Shown: positions 1-12,190 of the stretch, one piece after another | How the letters are laid out: every line of letters starts with the position of its first letter | Numbering within the stretch: the stretch's first letter is position 1 | Source of the DNA: Rebecca billardiae RCC1528 | Lineage: Eukaryota; Protista; Haptophyta | DNA: 64,000 bases | Direction of reading: 5' to 3' | NCBI GenBank assembly: GCA_965240325.2 | Contig: OZ251234.1 | Coordinates: 1,736,001 to 1,800,000, forward strand | Made by a program: the position numbers and the translations under genes | The notes under the pieces: model-generated | The model's database searches: none | What the model was told of the DNA's origin: nothing | Seen by the model: only the letters and a program-made list of their open reading frames with translations

Positions 1-1230
1 GTTGCGCTCGTCCGTGTACCGCTTGCGCAGCACGAAGGTCTTCGTCGAGCCGTACAGCAGCGCGGCCACCGCGTGCCACTCCTTCCCCACGCCGTGCGGC
101 AGCCCGAGCTCCTGCGAGTTGAGCATGATGCAGCGGTTCGTGCCGAGCATGCCTCGCTTGATAAACGCGTCGGCGCGGCGGAACTCCTCGAGCGTCTCGG
201 GGGAGTGCCAGCGCGAGGGCTCGAAGAGGACGGAGTAGGTGTCGGGCGAGTGCGCGAACGGCTCGAACCAGTGCAGCGTGAACGGGTCCGACGAGGTCGG
301 CAGCGGCAGCCGCCAGAAGTCCGTTACTGCCTTGAGGACGTAGTTGAGCCCCTGCCACAGCGTCTTGGACGAGCGCGGCCGCGCGTTCGACGCGGGCGAC
401 TGCTCGATGTACTTGAGGTCGTACCGCGAGAGCAGCACCGTCGGGTCGAGCGCGACCAGCTCGTTCAGCCGCTTCGCCTTGAGCGCCGAGTCCGGCGGCT
501 CGCTGTACTCGAACATCGCGCGCTGGCGGCGCTCGTGCGCGAGCTGAGAGATCTGCAGTGCCTGCACCATCTTGAGCACCGTCACGCGCAGCTCGGCGAG
601 GATGTGCGCGGCGTCGGTGTGCAGCTTGCCGATGGACGGGTCGCCGCGCGCGTGGATCGACGCCTCGGAGAACGCGCCCGGCGGCGAGAGCGCCGGGTCG
701 AGCGCCGAGCGCTGCCGCGCCACCTGCATCTTGAAGCGCGTCGCCACGTCGATCAGTGCCTCGACCTGCGCCTCGTACACGGCGACGATCTCGGGGAGCG
801 CGTTGGCCGCCTGCACCTTGGGCGCGAACCAGGCGTTCTTGCCACGCGTCTCCTCCTCCTCCTCCGACCGCCCGCCGCCCTTCTCAGGGCTCCCCTTCTT
901 GCCGCGCTGCCGCGAGCCGCCGCCCGCAACGTCGATGCTCCGAGCGGACGGCAGATCGACCGGGCGGCGCGTGAGCCGCGCGGTGTCGGAGGAGCTGATG
1001 GGCGAGATGGCGCGCGTGCGGCGAGCTCCCGAGTAGATCGGCATCGTCGGCGAGTTGGCCAGCGCCGTCGTCGACTGCAGCAGCCGGCGCGCCTCCATCT
1101 TGGACGAGCGCGACGGCACGAGCTGCTGCCGCCCGCGAGCCGCCGGCTCGCCGCCGCCCGCGCCGAGCTCGCCCCGCGCCTGCTCGGCCCGCGCCTTGAG
1201 CACGGGGCTCTCGTGCTTTGGACGCATCAT
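1..1230 (-). CDS. Uncharacterised protein, 5' part; runs off the left window edge
   Basis: Open frame from ATG-ATG at 1230 (MMRPKHESPVLK...WFAPKVQAANALPEIVAVYEAQV...LWQGLNYVLKAVTDFWRLPLP...) with no stop before position 1. Composition is protein-like with strong GC3 bias. It is missing from the ORF track because there is no stop codon in the window. Confidence 0.7.
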   Translation of the reverse strand, partial: MMRPKHESPVLKARAEQARGELGAGGGEPAARGRQQLVPSRSSKMEARRLLQSTTALANSPTMPIYSGARRTRAISPISSSDTARLTRRPVDLPSARSIDVAGGGSRQRGKKGSPEKGGGRSEEEEETRGKNAWFAPKVQAANALPEIVAVYEAQVEALIDVATRFKMQVARQRSALDPALSPPGAFSEASIHARGDPSIGKLHTDAAHILAELRVTVLKMVQALQISQLAHERRQRAMFEYSEPPDSALKAKRLNELVALDPTVLLSRYDLKYIEQSPASNARPRSSKTLWQGLNYVLKAVTDFWRLPLPTSSDPFTLHWFEPFAHSPDTYSVLFEPSRWHSPETLEEFRRADAFIKRGMLGTNRCIMLNSQELGLPHGVGKEWHAVAALLYGSTKTFVLRKRYTDERN

Positions 1231-2132
1231 CGCCACTCCGCACGGCGCCCACGCCGCTCGACGCTGCGCACGGAGCGGGGAATGGCAACGGGAGCCTGCA
1301 CGATGCGGCCGGCTGCCTGCCCCAGCTCGTGGAAACGCCACTGCGGGTACAGCTGAAGAGCAGTAACGACCTGTTTCAGTGTTTCGCCGGCACTGATCAC
1401 CCGGAGCCCGTAATAGTGAATAGGCTACGCTCGACTTCATCTGACTGACTGTCGCTCTGATGACAGAATGAATCGGCGAGTTGTCTGATAGTGCTCACTG
1501 TGATAGCTGTCCGCGGGGCTTAGCCTCGCGGCGCCGGCGTGCGGCGACACTGCCGCTGCGCCCGCCCGCCGATACCAGAACTTTCGGCCACGGCGCACCG
1601 CCGTGGGGTCGTGTGGGGCGGCGGCTGACTCGGTCACTCGGGTCGGCCGCCGGGTCCCCGCGGCGTGTCTGCCGTGGGATCGCTGCTCGCGCGCCGGGCA
1701 GCTGATGCCGCCCGGCCCCCAGGCTCAACGATGGTGTCGATGAATCACGAAGCCGATCGCGTCGCCCGAGCCCGGAGGGGCCGGAACAGGCGGAATCGCA
1801 AGCCGCATTCGCCACGCCGGCCCAGTCCGATCGGCCGTGATGGAAGATGCATGCACGTGGCGGTTTTGGCATGGCGAGCGGCTCTGTGCCCGCGAAGGCA
1901 GCTGCCCAGAGCAGCTGCGAGCTCGTCGTTGGCACAGCCAGCCCTCGCGGCTTCGCGCGTCCTCCGGCCGGCCATGCTCAACGCTGCCCGTCCGAGCAGC
2001 AACATGCCGCATACGTCGACGGCGGTGGAAGACTCCGTTGGGAGTCGGGGACACGGAGCGGGGGCGCGGGAACGGCGCCCTCGGTCCGGGGCAGCGGGCG
2101 GCGTCGCCAGGCGAGCGTCACGGGGGTCGGCC

Positions 2133-2745
2133 TCACAAGTAGACGTTGCGTTGCCATTCGTTCGCCGCGCCGTTCGCGTCCTGCGAGCTGTTGCCCCCCT
2201 GCGTGTTGTTGGAGCCCCCCGTGCCGCCCGTGCCGCCGGTTAATCCGAGCGAGCTCTGCTGCTGCGAGCCCGGCAGGCCGTAGGCGCCGCCCGCGCCGCC
2301 CGGGCCGCCGGTCCCACCGCCCGCGCCGCCTGCGCCGCCGAGGACGAGCCCGATGTCGCCATTCCCGCCGCCCGCGCCCGCACCGACGTTGTACGCTTCC
2401 AACCTGCCGCCGACTGGCCGCATCGGCGGCTGCGCAAATTGCGCGGCCATCTGCTGCTGCACGGGCGCGCCGCCGAGCGGGCCGGCGCCGAGCGGGCCCG
2501 AGGGCGTCTCCTGAAAGGAGACGATGAGCGAGGCGAGCTTTTTCATGTGATCCCGCGTGACGGACGTGTGGTGCAGCATCTCCGCCTCGAGGTGCGCGAT
2601 CGAGTCCTTGAGCGTCATCACCTCCTCGCGCAGCGCGTTGATGGTCGGCCCCGGCTTCTCTGAGGAGACGGGCGTGCCGGGCATCTCCGACGAGATCTGC
2701 GCGCACGCGGGGCCCACGCCGACGCTCATTGCACCGCCGCCGCCG

Positions 2746-2777
<32 letters not shown>

Positions 2778-3368
2778 GCTGCCGCCACCGCCGCCGCCGC
2801 CGCGGGCGCTGCCCGTGCCGCCATCGATCACCGCGGGCTGCGGCGCCGGGATTGCGCGCGCCGCCATCACCGGCGCGGCCGGCGCAGCGAGCGTAGGCGG
2901 CCCCATGCTGCCGCTTCCTGCATCCTGGTCGTCCTGCGCGGACGACGCGTTCTGCGCGCCCGTGGTGTGCGAGCCCGTATCCTTGGATTTGTTCGTGCTC
3001 GGCACCAGGCGCTTGAACTCGGAGAGCAGGTGCATGCACCCGCGGATGAAGGACGGGTGGGAGAACTCGACCGCGTTCGGATTGCCCGTGCTGTTCGCCT
3101 TCTTCGGGCAGCGCGTGAAGCTGTAGATGTTGAGCTGGCGCATGAACGAGCGGATGTTATCGTGCTTGAAGTACAGCGGCAAGATGTTGCGGGCGAACAT
3201 CTCGGTCTCGTGAATGATGAAGCTCTTCCCTTCCGGCCCCCAGCTCACGCACGGGTGCGAGCCGTCCGGCGGGACGCTGTTGTTCTCGACGATCTCGTAC
3301 AGTTTCAAGAGGAAGGGCGGCACCTTGTCCAGCGTTTCGCGCTGACCGCGCCCGCTCGGTGGGCGCAT
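2133..3368 (-). CDS. HSF: Heat shock transcription factor (HSF DNA-binding domain plus coiled coil)
   Basis: PPFLLKLYEIV...VSWGPEGKSFII...LPLYFKHDNIRSFMRQLNIYSF...EFSHPSFIRG is the HSF DNA-binding signature. A heptad segment INALREEVMTLKDSIAHLEAEM resembles the HR-A/B oligomerisation region. Confidence 0.93.
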
Positions 3369-3787
3369 CGCCTCGCCAGGCTGGAGCGCTCCTGCGCGTG
3401 GGCACTGCCTTGATCAGCCGCAGCGGCGCTCCTGGCCGCGCACGCCGATCAAAGATTGTATGTAGCAAGGTGGAGTCTGGAAGCGACCGCTCGAAGCGCT
3501 CCCGGATGTGTGCTGCGTTTCGTCAGCGGGCGGGGGCGGAGAGAGCTCAGCGAATGAGGGTCGGCGTGCCAGTACCCCGGGTAAGATCCAGTCTCTGACC
3601 TGGTCTGACACTTGACCAGATACTAGAATCTGGGCGCCCCTCCCGCGCACCAAGGGAGGAGCCAAATAATAGGTGAAATTCGTTCACGCTGAAAACCTCG
3701 CGTCTACTCTTTTTGCTGAAACGGACTGACCCTTCGTCACGAAAGCCGCTATTGCAACGCTTGGTCGCTTTTGCTGAACGTCCGGGA

Positions 3788-4901
3788 CAAGGGGAGTCAG
3801 GGTACAGCACGTCCAGTTGGGCTGCAGCTGGAGCTTGGGTACAAAAGCTCCCGCGGCGCAGCGGCACTCGCCGCCGCCGCCGCCGTCGAGGGGCGGTTGT
3901 GGCGCGCACGGCGTGAGCCGCTGCGGGCGCTGAGGTGCGCGCGACGGCGGCGCGCCCGGCGGCGCTGCTGTAGGAGGCCACTGCCCTCCTCTCTGCCCCG
4001 CGCGCTTCGCTCGTCGTCGCCGTCTCCGCGCCTGCGACTCAGCGCGCACGCGAGCGCGGCACCGCCCGGCAGCCGGGGCAATCTCTGCCATGACTGCGCA
4101 TGTGCGTCGCGACCTGGTCGGCCCAGCGCGCGAGGCGCGTGCGGGCGAGGTAGGGCCGGTATGGGCGCGCGCCATGCCGCCTCGACCTTGCGCCGGTGGG
4201 CATGTCGCGGGCCTTGCACCTCTGTCGACAACGTTGACAAACAATGCGGCACCCAAGCGCAGACGTCAGTGTGCACGATCGAGGCAGTAGGCGTACAGAC
4301 GCGATAGTTGCAGAGCTTTTTGTGATCATGCGAGTCATACATTGTCAGTGACTCTCGCCCAGGTCGTCTGCGCGCTGAACTGACGTTTTGACTGAGTGCC
4401 TCGAGATCGCCTCGACGATGGCCCGTGCATTGCTTGAACACAGTCCAAGCGGCCAACCAGACACACGTGCTCAGTTCCCTGTTGTACGCTCTGATGGGCT
4501 TACTTGAGGCGGCATGGCGCGCGCCCATACTGGCCCTACCTCGCCCGCACGCGCCTCGCGCGCTGGGCCGACCAGGTCGCGACGCACATGCGCAGTCATG
4601 GCAGAGATTGCCCCGGCTGCCGGGCGGTGCCGCGCTCGCGTGCGCGCTGAGTCGCAGGCGCGGAGACGGCGACGACAAGCGAAGCGCGCGGGGCAGAGAG
4701 GAGGGCAGTGGCCTCCTACAGCAGCGCCGCCGGGCGCGCCGCCGTCGCGCGCACCTCAGCGCCCGCAGCGGCTCACGCCGTGCGCGCCACAACCGCCCCT
4801 CGACGGCGGCGGCGGCGGCGAGTGCCGCTGCGCCGCGGGAGCTTTTGTACCCAAGCTCCAGCTGCAGCCCAACTGGACGTGCTGTACCCTGACTCCCCTT
4901 G
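3788..4901. mobile_element. Non-autonomous foldback DNA transposon with 396-bp inverted arms
   Basis: 3788-4183 is the reverse complement of 4506-4901 with 2 mismatches, around a 322-bp spacer. Termini are CAAGGGG...CCCCTTG. Direct repeat TCCGGGA lies at 3781-3787 and 4902-4908 (9-bp GTCCGGGAC if the TIR is taken 1 bp shorter). Confidence 0.85.
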
Positions 4902-5090
4902 TCCGGGACCCGTCGTCAAGTTGAAAGTCCACGTGGAACTACCGGATCAAAGGTCCTTTGATCAAAGCATGGCCGAAATGGCGAATCAAAACGCGCCTGC
5001 CATACGAGCAAATAATTGACGCGCGCAAAGCCGTCGGCCACGCGGCCTGCGTCATCAACGCTGCGCGCGACGCGTCGCGCCCTCGCGAGC

Positions 5091-6470
5091 ATGTCGAATG
5101 GCCCGTTTCCCAGGGCGCGCTTTGCCGTGAGCCCGCTCGTCTCGAGCATCGCGCCGTCCAAGACCGTCGCCATCTTCAGCCAGACCTCGGAGATGAAGGA
5201 GCGCGGCGAGGTGGTGAACGGCGCGTTGTGCGTCGGCCAGCCCGACTTCCCGCCACCGCGCGCGGTGATCGAGGCGACAGCCGAGGCGGCCGAGAAGGGC
5301 CTCACCAGATATACGGGCCTGTCCGGTACCGTCGACCTCCGCCAGGCCATCGTGCGCTACCTTCGCGAGAAGAAGGGCGTCGAGTACGCGGAGCGCGAAA
5401 TCATGGTCGCGGGCGGCGGCAAGCAGGCCATCTACGAGGGGATGGTGGCCATGTGCACGGCGGGGGACGAGGTGGTGATCCCGTCGCCCTACTACACCTC
5501 GTATCCGGACATGGTCGCGCTCGCTGGCGCCACGCCAGTCGTCGTCGAGACGACCGTGGCCAACGAGTACGTCCTGACGGCGGACGTGCTCGCGCCCGCG
5601 CTCAAGCCTCAGACGCGCATGGTGATCCTGTGCAACCCGTGCAATCCGACGGGCGCGACGATCCCGCGGGCGCAGCTCGAGGAGATCGCTGCCCTGCTCC
5701 GCCGCCCGGAGCACGAGCACATCCTCGTCCTCTCCGACGAGATCTACGAGCGCATCACGTTCGACGTTGAGCACGTGAGCTTTGCTGCGCTCGAGGGCAT
5801 GCGCGAGCGCACGCTCACCATCAACGGCTTCTCGAAGGCGTACTCGATGACAGGCTACCGCCTCGGTGCGCGCGACGGGCGGGCCTGCGCCGAGGGCACA
5901 CCCTGAACCTCCCCAGCCGGCGCTGTGTGCCTCGGCGGCGCACGGCTCACGCCGCGCGCGCGTCGTCCCCAACTCGCGCCCCCGCCCGCGCGCCCGCCGT
6001 CGGCTGCAGGCTACCTAGCTGCGCCCGAGCCGATCGTGAAGGCGGCAAGCAAGCTGCAGGGGCAGATCTCCTCGTGCGCGTGCTCGATCTCGCAGCACGC
6101 CGGTGTCGCCGCCCTCCGCACGCCCGACGCTGAGCTCGACGCGCACGTCGCCGAGCTGCGCGCCAAGCGCGATCTCGCGCTCGAGCTGCTGCGCGCCATC
6201 CCCGGCGTGACGGTGCCGACGCCGCAGGGCGCCTTCTACCTGCTCCCGGACCTCTCGGCGTACCTGGGGCGGCGCACGGTGGCGGGGGAAGTGCTCCCCA
6301 CAGCCGAGGCCTTGTGTATCCACCTACTCCGCGAGTACAAGGTGGCACTCGTTCCTGGCGAGGCGTTTGGTGCGCCGTCCACACTACGAATCAGCTATGC
6401 GGCCACGCACGACGAGATCCGTGACGCTATCACAAAGCTGAGCACATGTCTTCTCGCGCTGGCAAAGTGA
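5091..6470 (+). CDS. PLP-dependent class I aminotransferase (aspartate/prephenate aminotransferase-like); exons 5091-5865 and 6010-6470
   Basis: Motifs VGQPDF, GGKQAI, PSPYYTSY, CNPCNPTG, SDEIYE, the PLP-lysine motif GFSKAYSMTGYRLGY (rebuilt across GT-AG intron 5866-6009), PQGAFY, VPGEAFG and LRISYA. Confidence 0.92.
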
Positions 6471-6728
6471 GCGCGCAGCGGCTCGGCGGCGGTGGGCGCG
6501 GTCGCGACGGCGCCACCCGCGTGGACCAGGTGCGGCGACCCCCCCTCGCTTCCGAGATTGGTGGGGGCCTGGATAGTGGATTAGTTTAAGTTCTCGGGCG
6601 CGGCGCTGCGCCATCTTTAGTTAGTCTTTCCGGCGCGAAGTTATTCCTGTCTGCTCGTCCCGGTGACAGATTACCGCCACGCGGATTCGGCTCGCGCGTC
6701 CGGCTCATCGACATCGAGATGGCGGCTA

Positions 6729-8657
6729 CCAGGTCGTTCCCCCTGCACTGGGAATCCGCGGTTTCGCACTATTCAGAGCACGAGGCCGCGGCATAGCAAC
6801 GCAGATTTATTCTTCCGCTTGCTCTATCAGACCACTTGAACGATCTAATCGAGGTTTCCAATTGAAAATGACGAAAGTACATCCATCCATTAGAGAACCC
6901 AAATCCCGAGCGCGGCAAAGCCGTGGAACGCAGTAATCAGCCTCGTCAGCGATAGTCCGCTCACGAAATCGAGGCGCTGGAAATGAGTTCTTCGCGTGCA
7001 ACCGCGGAGGCGGGAGCCCTCCCGCGGGTGCGGAGCACCGATTCTGACCCGCCCCCTGCGCCTGCGGCCGGGCGGCGAGTGCGATGCAGCTGGCCCGGCG
7101 CTGGGGGGCGCGGATGTGCTTGCGGAGCCGGCGTGCGTGGACGGGCTGTTGCGGGAGAGTATCTGCCGCCCTCCTGCGCCGCGCGACTTGCGCCACGCCT
7201 CTTTCGCCTCGGCTCAGGGCAGCGCGCACGCGCGCGCCGCCTCCGGGGCCAGCCTTCGGCCTGCGCCGCAGCCGACCGCGCGCGCGCCGTGCGCGGCGTG
7301 GTCGGGAAGGAACGGGCGCGGCTGCCGGGCGAGATGGCGATATCATGTGCGCACGCCATGCCGCCCCGCCACGCCTTGCCGAGCGTGTCGCTGGTCCATT
7401 TGCACGCCTCTTCGAGTTGTCACAAATGGTGTGCACGCGGCCAATCGCGGTCGTGACCGCTGGGGGCCGCGCCCGGGCCAGGGCGCTGCGGGCGCGGATG
7501 TGCTTGCGGAGCCGGCGTGCGTGGACGGGCTGTTGTGGGAGAGTATCTGCCGCCCTCCTGCACCGCGCGACTTGCGCCACGCCTCTTTCGCCTCGGCTCA
7601 GGGCAGCGCGCACGCGGCGCGTCGCCTCAAGGCCAGCCTTGCCTGCGCCGCAGCCGACCGCGTGCGCGCCGTGCGCGGCGTGGTCGGGAAGGAACGGGCA
7701 CGGCTGCCGGGCGAGATGGCGATATCATGTGCGCACGCCATGCCGCCCCGCCACGCCTTGCCGAGCGTGTCGCTGGTCCGTTTGCACGCCTCTTCGAGTT
7801 GTCACACTATGAATGGTGTGCCACGGCCTCGCGGTCGTGACCCTTGCCGGGACGATCATTGAGACACAGAACAGTGCCAAGCGGGCACGCGGGATACTCT
7901 TACATGAATGTTCATCACCACGTGGTCGTGTAGAAGTGCTGGGTGCGACGCTTTCCTCGCGCGGATGCACTTTCATCATCTTCTTCGAGCTCCGAGGTCT
8001 GGCTTCAGGCACGACAAGAAATCAGCACTCGTCAACAGCTGTGCGGATCCGTTATCGTGCCCTTTCGCGGCGCCGCGGGGCGGCATGGCGTGCGCACATG
8101 ATGTCGTCATCTCGCCCGGCAGCACCCCCCGTTCCTTCCCGACCACGCCGCGCACGGCGCGCGCGCGGTTGCGGCTGCGGCGCGGGCACGGTGCGGCCCT
8201 GGCCTCCGAGGCGGCGCGCGCGTGCGCGCTGCCCTGAGCCGCGGCGAAAAGAGGCGTGGCGCGAGACGCGCGGCGCAGGAGGGCGCCATATACTCTCCCG
8301 CAACAGCCTGTCCACGCAAGCCGGCTCCGCGAGCACATCCGCGCCCGCAGCGCCGTGCCCCGGGCGCGCCGGCCGCCAACGGCGCTCGGCCGCCTTCGCC
8401 TGCCCGCCCCGCCGCCGAGGGCAAAGGTCAAGATTTGGTCGGCCCTCGCCTGCCGAGCCGCCACCGGCCGGGGGCTCCCTGCACCATCTATCTCATTGCG
8501 GCTCAATTTTGGGATTGCGAGACCAGCTCATCGATTGACGCACATCCGCACCCGCGAGACCTGAAAATCTTATTCGCGGGTAGCGACGGGTGCGTCCTGC
8601 GGCTGTTTTTCTCGTATGTCCAAACCGCGGATTCCCAGTGCAGGGGGAACGACCTGG
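6729..8657. mobile_element. Non-autonomous Tc1/mariner-like DNA transposon, 1929 bp
   Basis: Perfect 36-bp TIR CCAGGTCGTTCCCCCTGCACTGGGAATCCGCGGTTT at 6729-6764 and, inverted, at 8622-8657. TA flanks both ends (6727-6728 and 8658-8659). No transposase ORF is present. Confidence 0.85.
7107..8346. repeat. Internal ~350-bp repeat unit: two direct copies (~7107-7458, ~7490-7842) and one inverted partial copy (~8078-8346)
   Basis: GGCGCGGATGTGCTTGCGGAGCCGGC...GGTCGGGAAGGAACGGG...ATCATGTGCGCACGCCATGCCGCCCCG occurs twice forward and once reverse-complemented, the latter more diverged. Confidence 0.9.
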
Positions 8658-9479
8658 TAGTCCCATATGTCTGAGTGAGTGATGAGTGAGTGAGACTGTA
8701 TCTCCCCAGTCCCCTACTAATGTTGCCGAGATCGCGTCGCGAGATTGAGGTCGTATATCTCCAGTCGTATGTGATGATATATTTTTTCGCAAAACTTATC
8801 AGCGTGACCCCAGGTCATTTCGTCAGGCGAATATTGACCGCATCCCGAAGTTGGAGAGCCTTATATCTCAAGACGACAGAAAGTTGGAAGTTTTGGGCCA
8901 CACACCCCACAGTGGCCGGGCTCTGACCGGTCGGACCCCTCTAGCTCATAGTCACTCGGATGAAAGTCAAAGCTGCGTGATAACAGCCGCGCCCGCCGCA
9001 ATATATATTATTAATACACGCTATATATATTTAACGACGTGGCAGCATCGGACAAGCGTCAGGCTCAGACTGACTCAGAGTGCAACAGACACATAGAATG
9101 CGTCCGCGCCTTCCGTCCAGGTCAGACAGTGCGCCACCCGCAGCCCTGCCCCCCTACGGGAGCGGGGCCGGGATGGAGCACCGCCTCGGCCTGGGGGCTG
9201 GGGCACGCGGCGGCGACGGCAGATGCCGCCGCGGCCGAGCGCCTTCCGGAGCACTTGGACGCGCTATATATATACTTATAATAATATATTATTTTAAAAT
9301 AATAAAGTTCTGCTACGTGCCCTTAATTATCAGTTTGGCTTTTCGGCGCTAATAATAAAAAATCAGCAGATCCGCAATATGAATATCAATCATCACCGAT
9401 GATCACGACGTTGACGGCGACATGACGAACGACTATGTCAAGGACATCGTCTCGGCGCGCCATGCATTGCTGACGATGA

Positions 9480-12190
9480 CTACGAGTACGACAATGCTGC
9501 TGCCGCTGGCGGGCCTGGCCCGTCGGAGCCCGCGGGCCGGCCGTCCGGCGGCCAGGCCGTCGCGGCCCGAGTAGTCCTGAGCAGCTGATTGATCTCGTCT
9601 GCGATGAGGGCCATCCCGTCGGGTGTCTTGTCGACGCAGTGCGTCAAGCCGGCCGCCGCAAACTCCGACCTGTCCGGACTGCCGATCGGGTCGCCGGTCA
9701 TCCCGATGATGATGGCGCCAAACCCGCGCGCGCGCAGCTCTTTTGTCGCCTCCATGCCGCCCATGTGAGGCATCTGGTTGTCCATCACGACCAGGTCATA
9801 CCCGGGGCGGCCCTCGGCGGCGCGGCGCGCGACGAGCTCGAGCGCCTCGCGCCCGTCGCTCGCGACGTCGCATTCGACGCCCGGCGCGCCGAAGAGCCGC
9901 ACCCCCAGCGTCATCTGCAGCATCAGATCGTCCTCGACGTGCAAGCACACGACCGCTGGGCCTTCAGCCGCGGGCGCGGGCACGGACGACGGGTCGGGAG
10001 TGGCGATCGGCCTGAGCGGGCTGTGGTTCGACGCGGCGATAGCATTGCCTGCCGAGCCCCGGGGAGCGCGCCCCCTCGACTCCCCAGCGCTGCCGGGCGA
10101 GGGTTGGGACGCCTCGCGGCGCAGCCTCACCTCTGCCGCGCTCGCGCGCGCGAGTGCCCTGGCGGCCTCCGCGCGCGAGCGCATCTGCACTGCCTCGTGC
10201 TCGACCGCGCGGGGCAGGAGCAGCTCCATCTCGAAGCGCGTGCCGAGGCCGAGGCCGTCGGAGTGCATGTGAAGCTGCGACTCGTCGTGGAGCTGCAAGA
10301 TCTGCCGCACGATGTTGAGCCCGAGCCCGGTGCCGCCGTTGCCCTGGAGCTGTCCGCGGCCGACCTGCCAATGCCGGCGCGCGCGTGCCGCGAGCAAGGC
10401 GTGAGCGCGCGGTTGAAACGCGCGTCGGTCGGGGGGCTCCCACGCTGCGCCTCAGCCGCGCACTCCCAGCGCATCACGCACGACGCGCCCCCCGCGAGGC
10501 CCCACCCCGCCGGACAGCAGGCACACACACGCACGTGCGCGTGTACACCTGCCGACCTGCGCCGCGCGCGCACCTGCTGGAACACGTCGCCGGAGCGCAG
10601 CAGCGCAAGCTCGTCCGGCGCGAGCCCGATCCCGTCGTCCTGCACGGAGATGAGCACGCGCTCGAGCGCGCGGCCGTCGGCGGCGGTGTGCTGCGGGCCC
10701 GACGCCACGGACACGTGGATGTGCCCACCGCGCTCTGTGAACTGCAGGCGGTCCACCGCCGCGACGTCGACCGCCGCAGGGGCGCGATCGCGCGAGGGCG
10801 CGCGCGTGAGCCGTGGGCTGTGGCTGTGGCGCGCCTCGGCGCTGAGCGAGCCGCGCGCGGCGCAACACGCGCGCCGCCCCGAGGCGCGGCTCGCACACAC
10901 CTTGCTCGCGTTGCTCAGCCCATTGCTCAGGCACTGCAGCAGCCTGCGCTCATCGCCGACCAGCGCGGCCGTCGCCAGCGCCGGCGGCAGAGGCTCGAAG
11001 CTGAGCCGCACCCCCTGCGAGCCGGCGAGCGACGCGAAGGCGAGCTCGGCATCGGCGATCAGTTGAGCGAGCAAGAAGGGGGCGGGGACGAGGGCCATGT
11101 GGCCCGAGTCGATGCGCTCGAAGTCGAGCATGTCGCTCACGATCTGCTCCATCAGCGTCGTGCACGTGTGCACCGCGCTCGTGCACCGCTGCACGAACGG
11201 GTCGGCCAGCCGCGTGTCGGGCGAGAGGTCGGCGAGCGCGTCGGCCATGTTGCGCACGGCGAGCAACGGCGAGCGCAGGTCGTGCATCACGACGCGGATG
11301 AGGCGCGCGCGCGCCTGCGTCGCCACGTCCGCCTCGTGTGCGCGCGCCACCGCCTCGAGCTCCGCGCGCTTCGTCGCGCGCCACTCCCTGGCCGCGCGGA
11401 TGATCTCGTGCCGGTGGTGCCACTCCTGCCTCTCGACCCGGTGCCGGTGGAGCGTGGCTCCGGAGACGGCAAAGGAGAGGAGGACGACGAGTGCGATGTC
11501 CTGCAGCGCGTTGCTCGAGTGCTCCATCGGCAGCAGCACCTCGCCCGCCACGGTCGTCGCCACCGCGCACGTGTACAGGCACAGCACGTGCGGCAGCTGC
11601 AGCGTCGTGAAGAGGGTGCCCATGATCATCACGGCGCACGTGCGCAGCAGGACAGCGACCGCCGGCGGCCCCACGGCGGTCTCGAGCGCGTCGGCCTCGA
11701 GCGCCTCGAGGCGGGTCGGGAAGAAGGTCGTCAGCTTGGCCAGTACCATCGTGAACCACACGACCGCCGCCGCCTCGATCGCCGCGAGTGGCACGCTCTT
11801 CGAGCGGCGCGTCGCGAGCAGCAGCGCGAGCAAGAGGAACGTGACGCCGCAGAACACGACGCCGATCAGGTCGTACAGCGAGAGCGCGCCGCTGTTGCGC
11901 AGGATCGAGATCCCGTGCACAATGGGCGTGATCACGATTGCAAATGTGAGGACGCGGATCATCCCAAGTGTCAGCGAGGCGCGCAGCTCGACGCGGTAGT
12001 CTGCCTCGACGGCGGCGTCCTTGAACCGGCCCCAGAACGTGAGCACGGCGGGGCGCACGCGCTCGAAGGCCTCGTCGTCCAACGCCGGGGGGCTTGGGTC
12101 GACCCCCCCGAGCGCCGGGTGCAGCGAGGTATCGGGAGTAGGCGCGGCCACTGCCACCGATGAATGCCGCGCGCGCGGCCACCACGCCAT
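9480..12190 (-). CDS. Membrane-bound hybrid histidine kinase 1 (multi-TM, HisKA, HATPase_c, REC); exons 12190-10901, 10741-10574 and 10364-9480
   Basis: H-box VMHDLRSPLL, DMLDFERIDSG, N-box NGLSNASKF, G1 DDGIGL, G2 GTGLGL, receiver LHVEDD...MDNQMP...IIGMTG...VDK. Two phase-0 GT-AG introns (10900-10742, 10573-10365) restore the frame. There are about 6 hydrophobic N-terminal segments. Confidence 0.92.

Noticed and set aside
73-1356. 427-aa plus-strand ORF
   Set aside because: Arg-rich antisense shadow of the minus-strand gene at 1-1230.
3684-5019. Apparently duplicated ORFs on opposite strands
   Set aside because: They are translations of the two arms of the foldback element, not genes.
7107-7842. 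Tandem repeats as a CRISPR-like array
   Set aside because: The units are ~350 bp with no short repeat-spacer periodicity and no cas genes, in a eukaryotic context.
6807-8674. ORFs inside the TA-flanked element as a possible transposase
   Set aside because: No HTH or DDD/E motifs; they are translations of the internal repeats.
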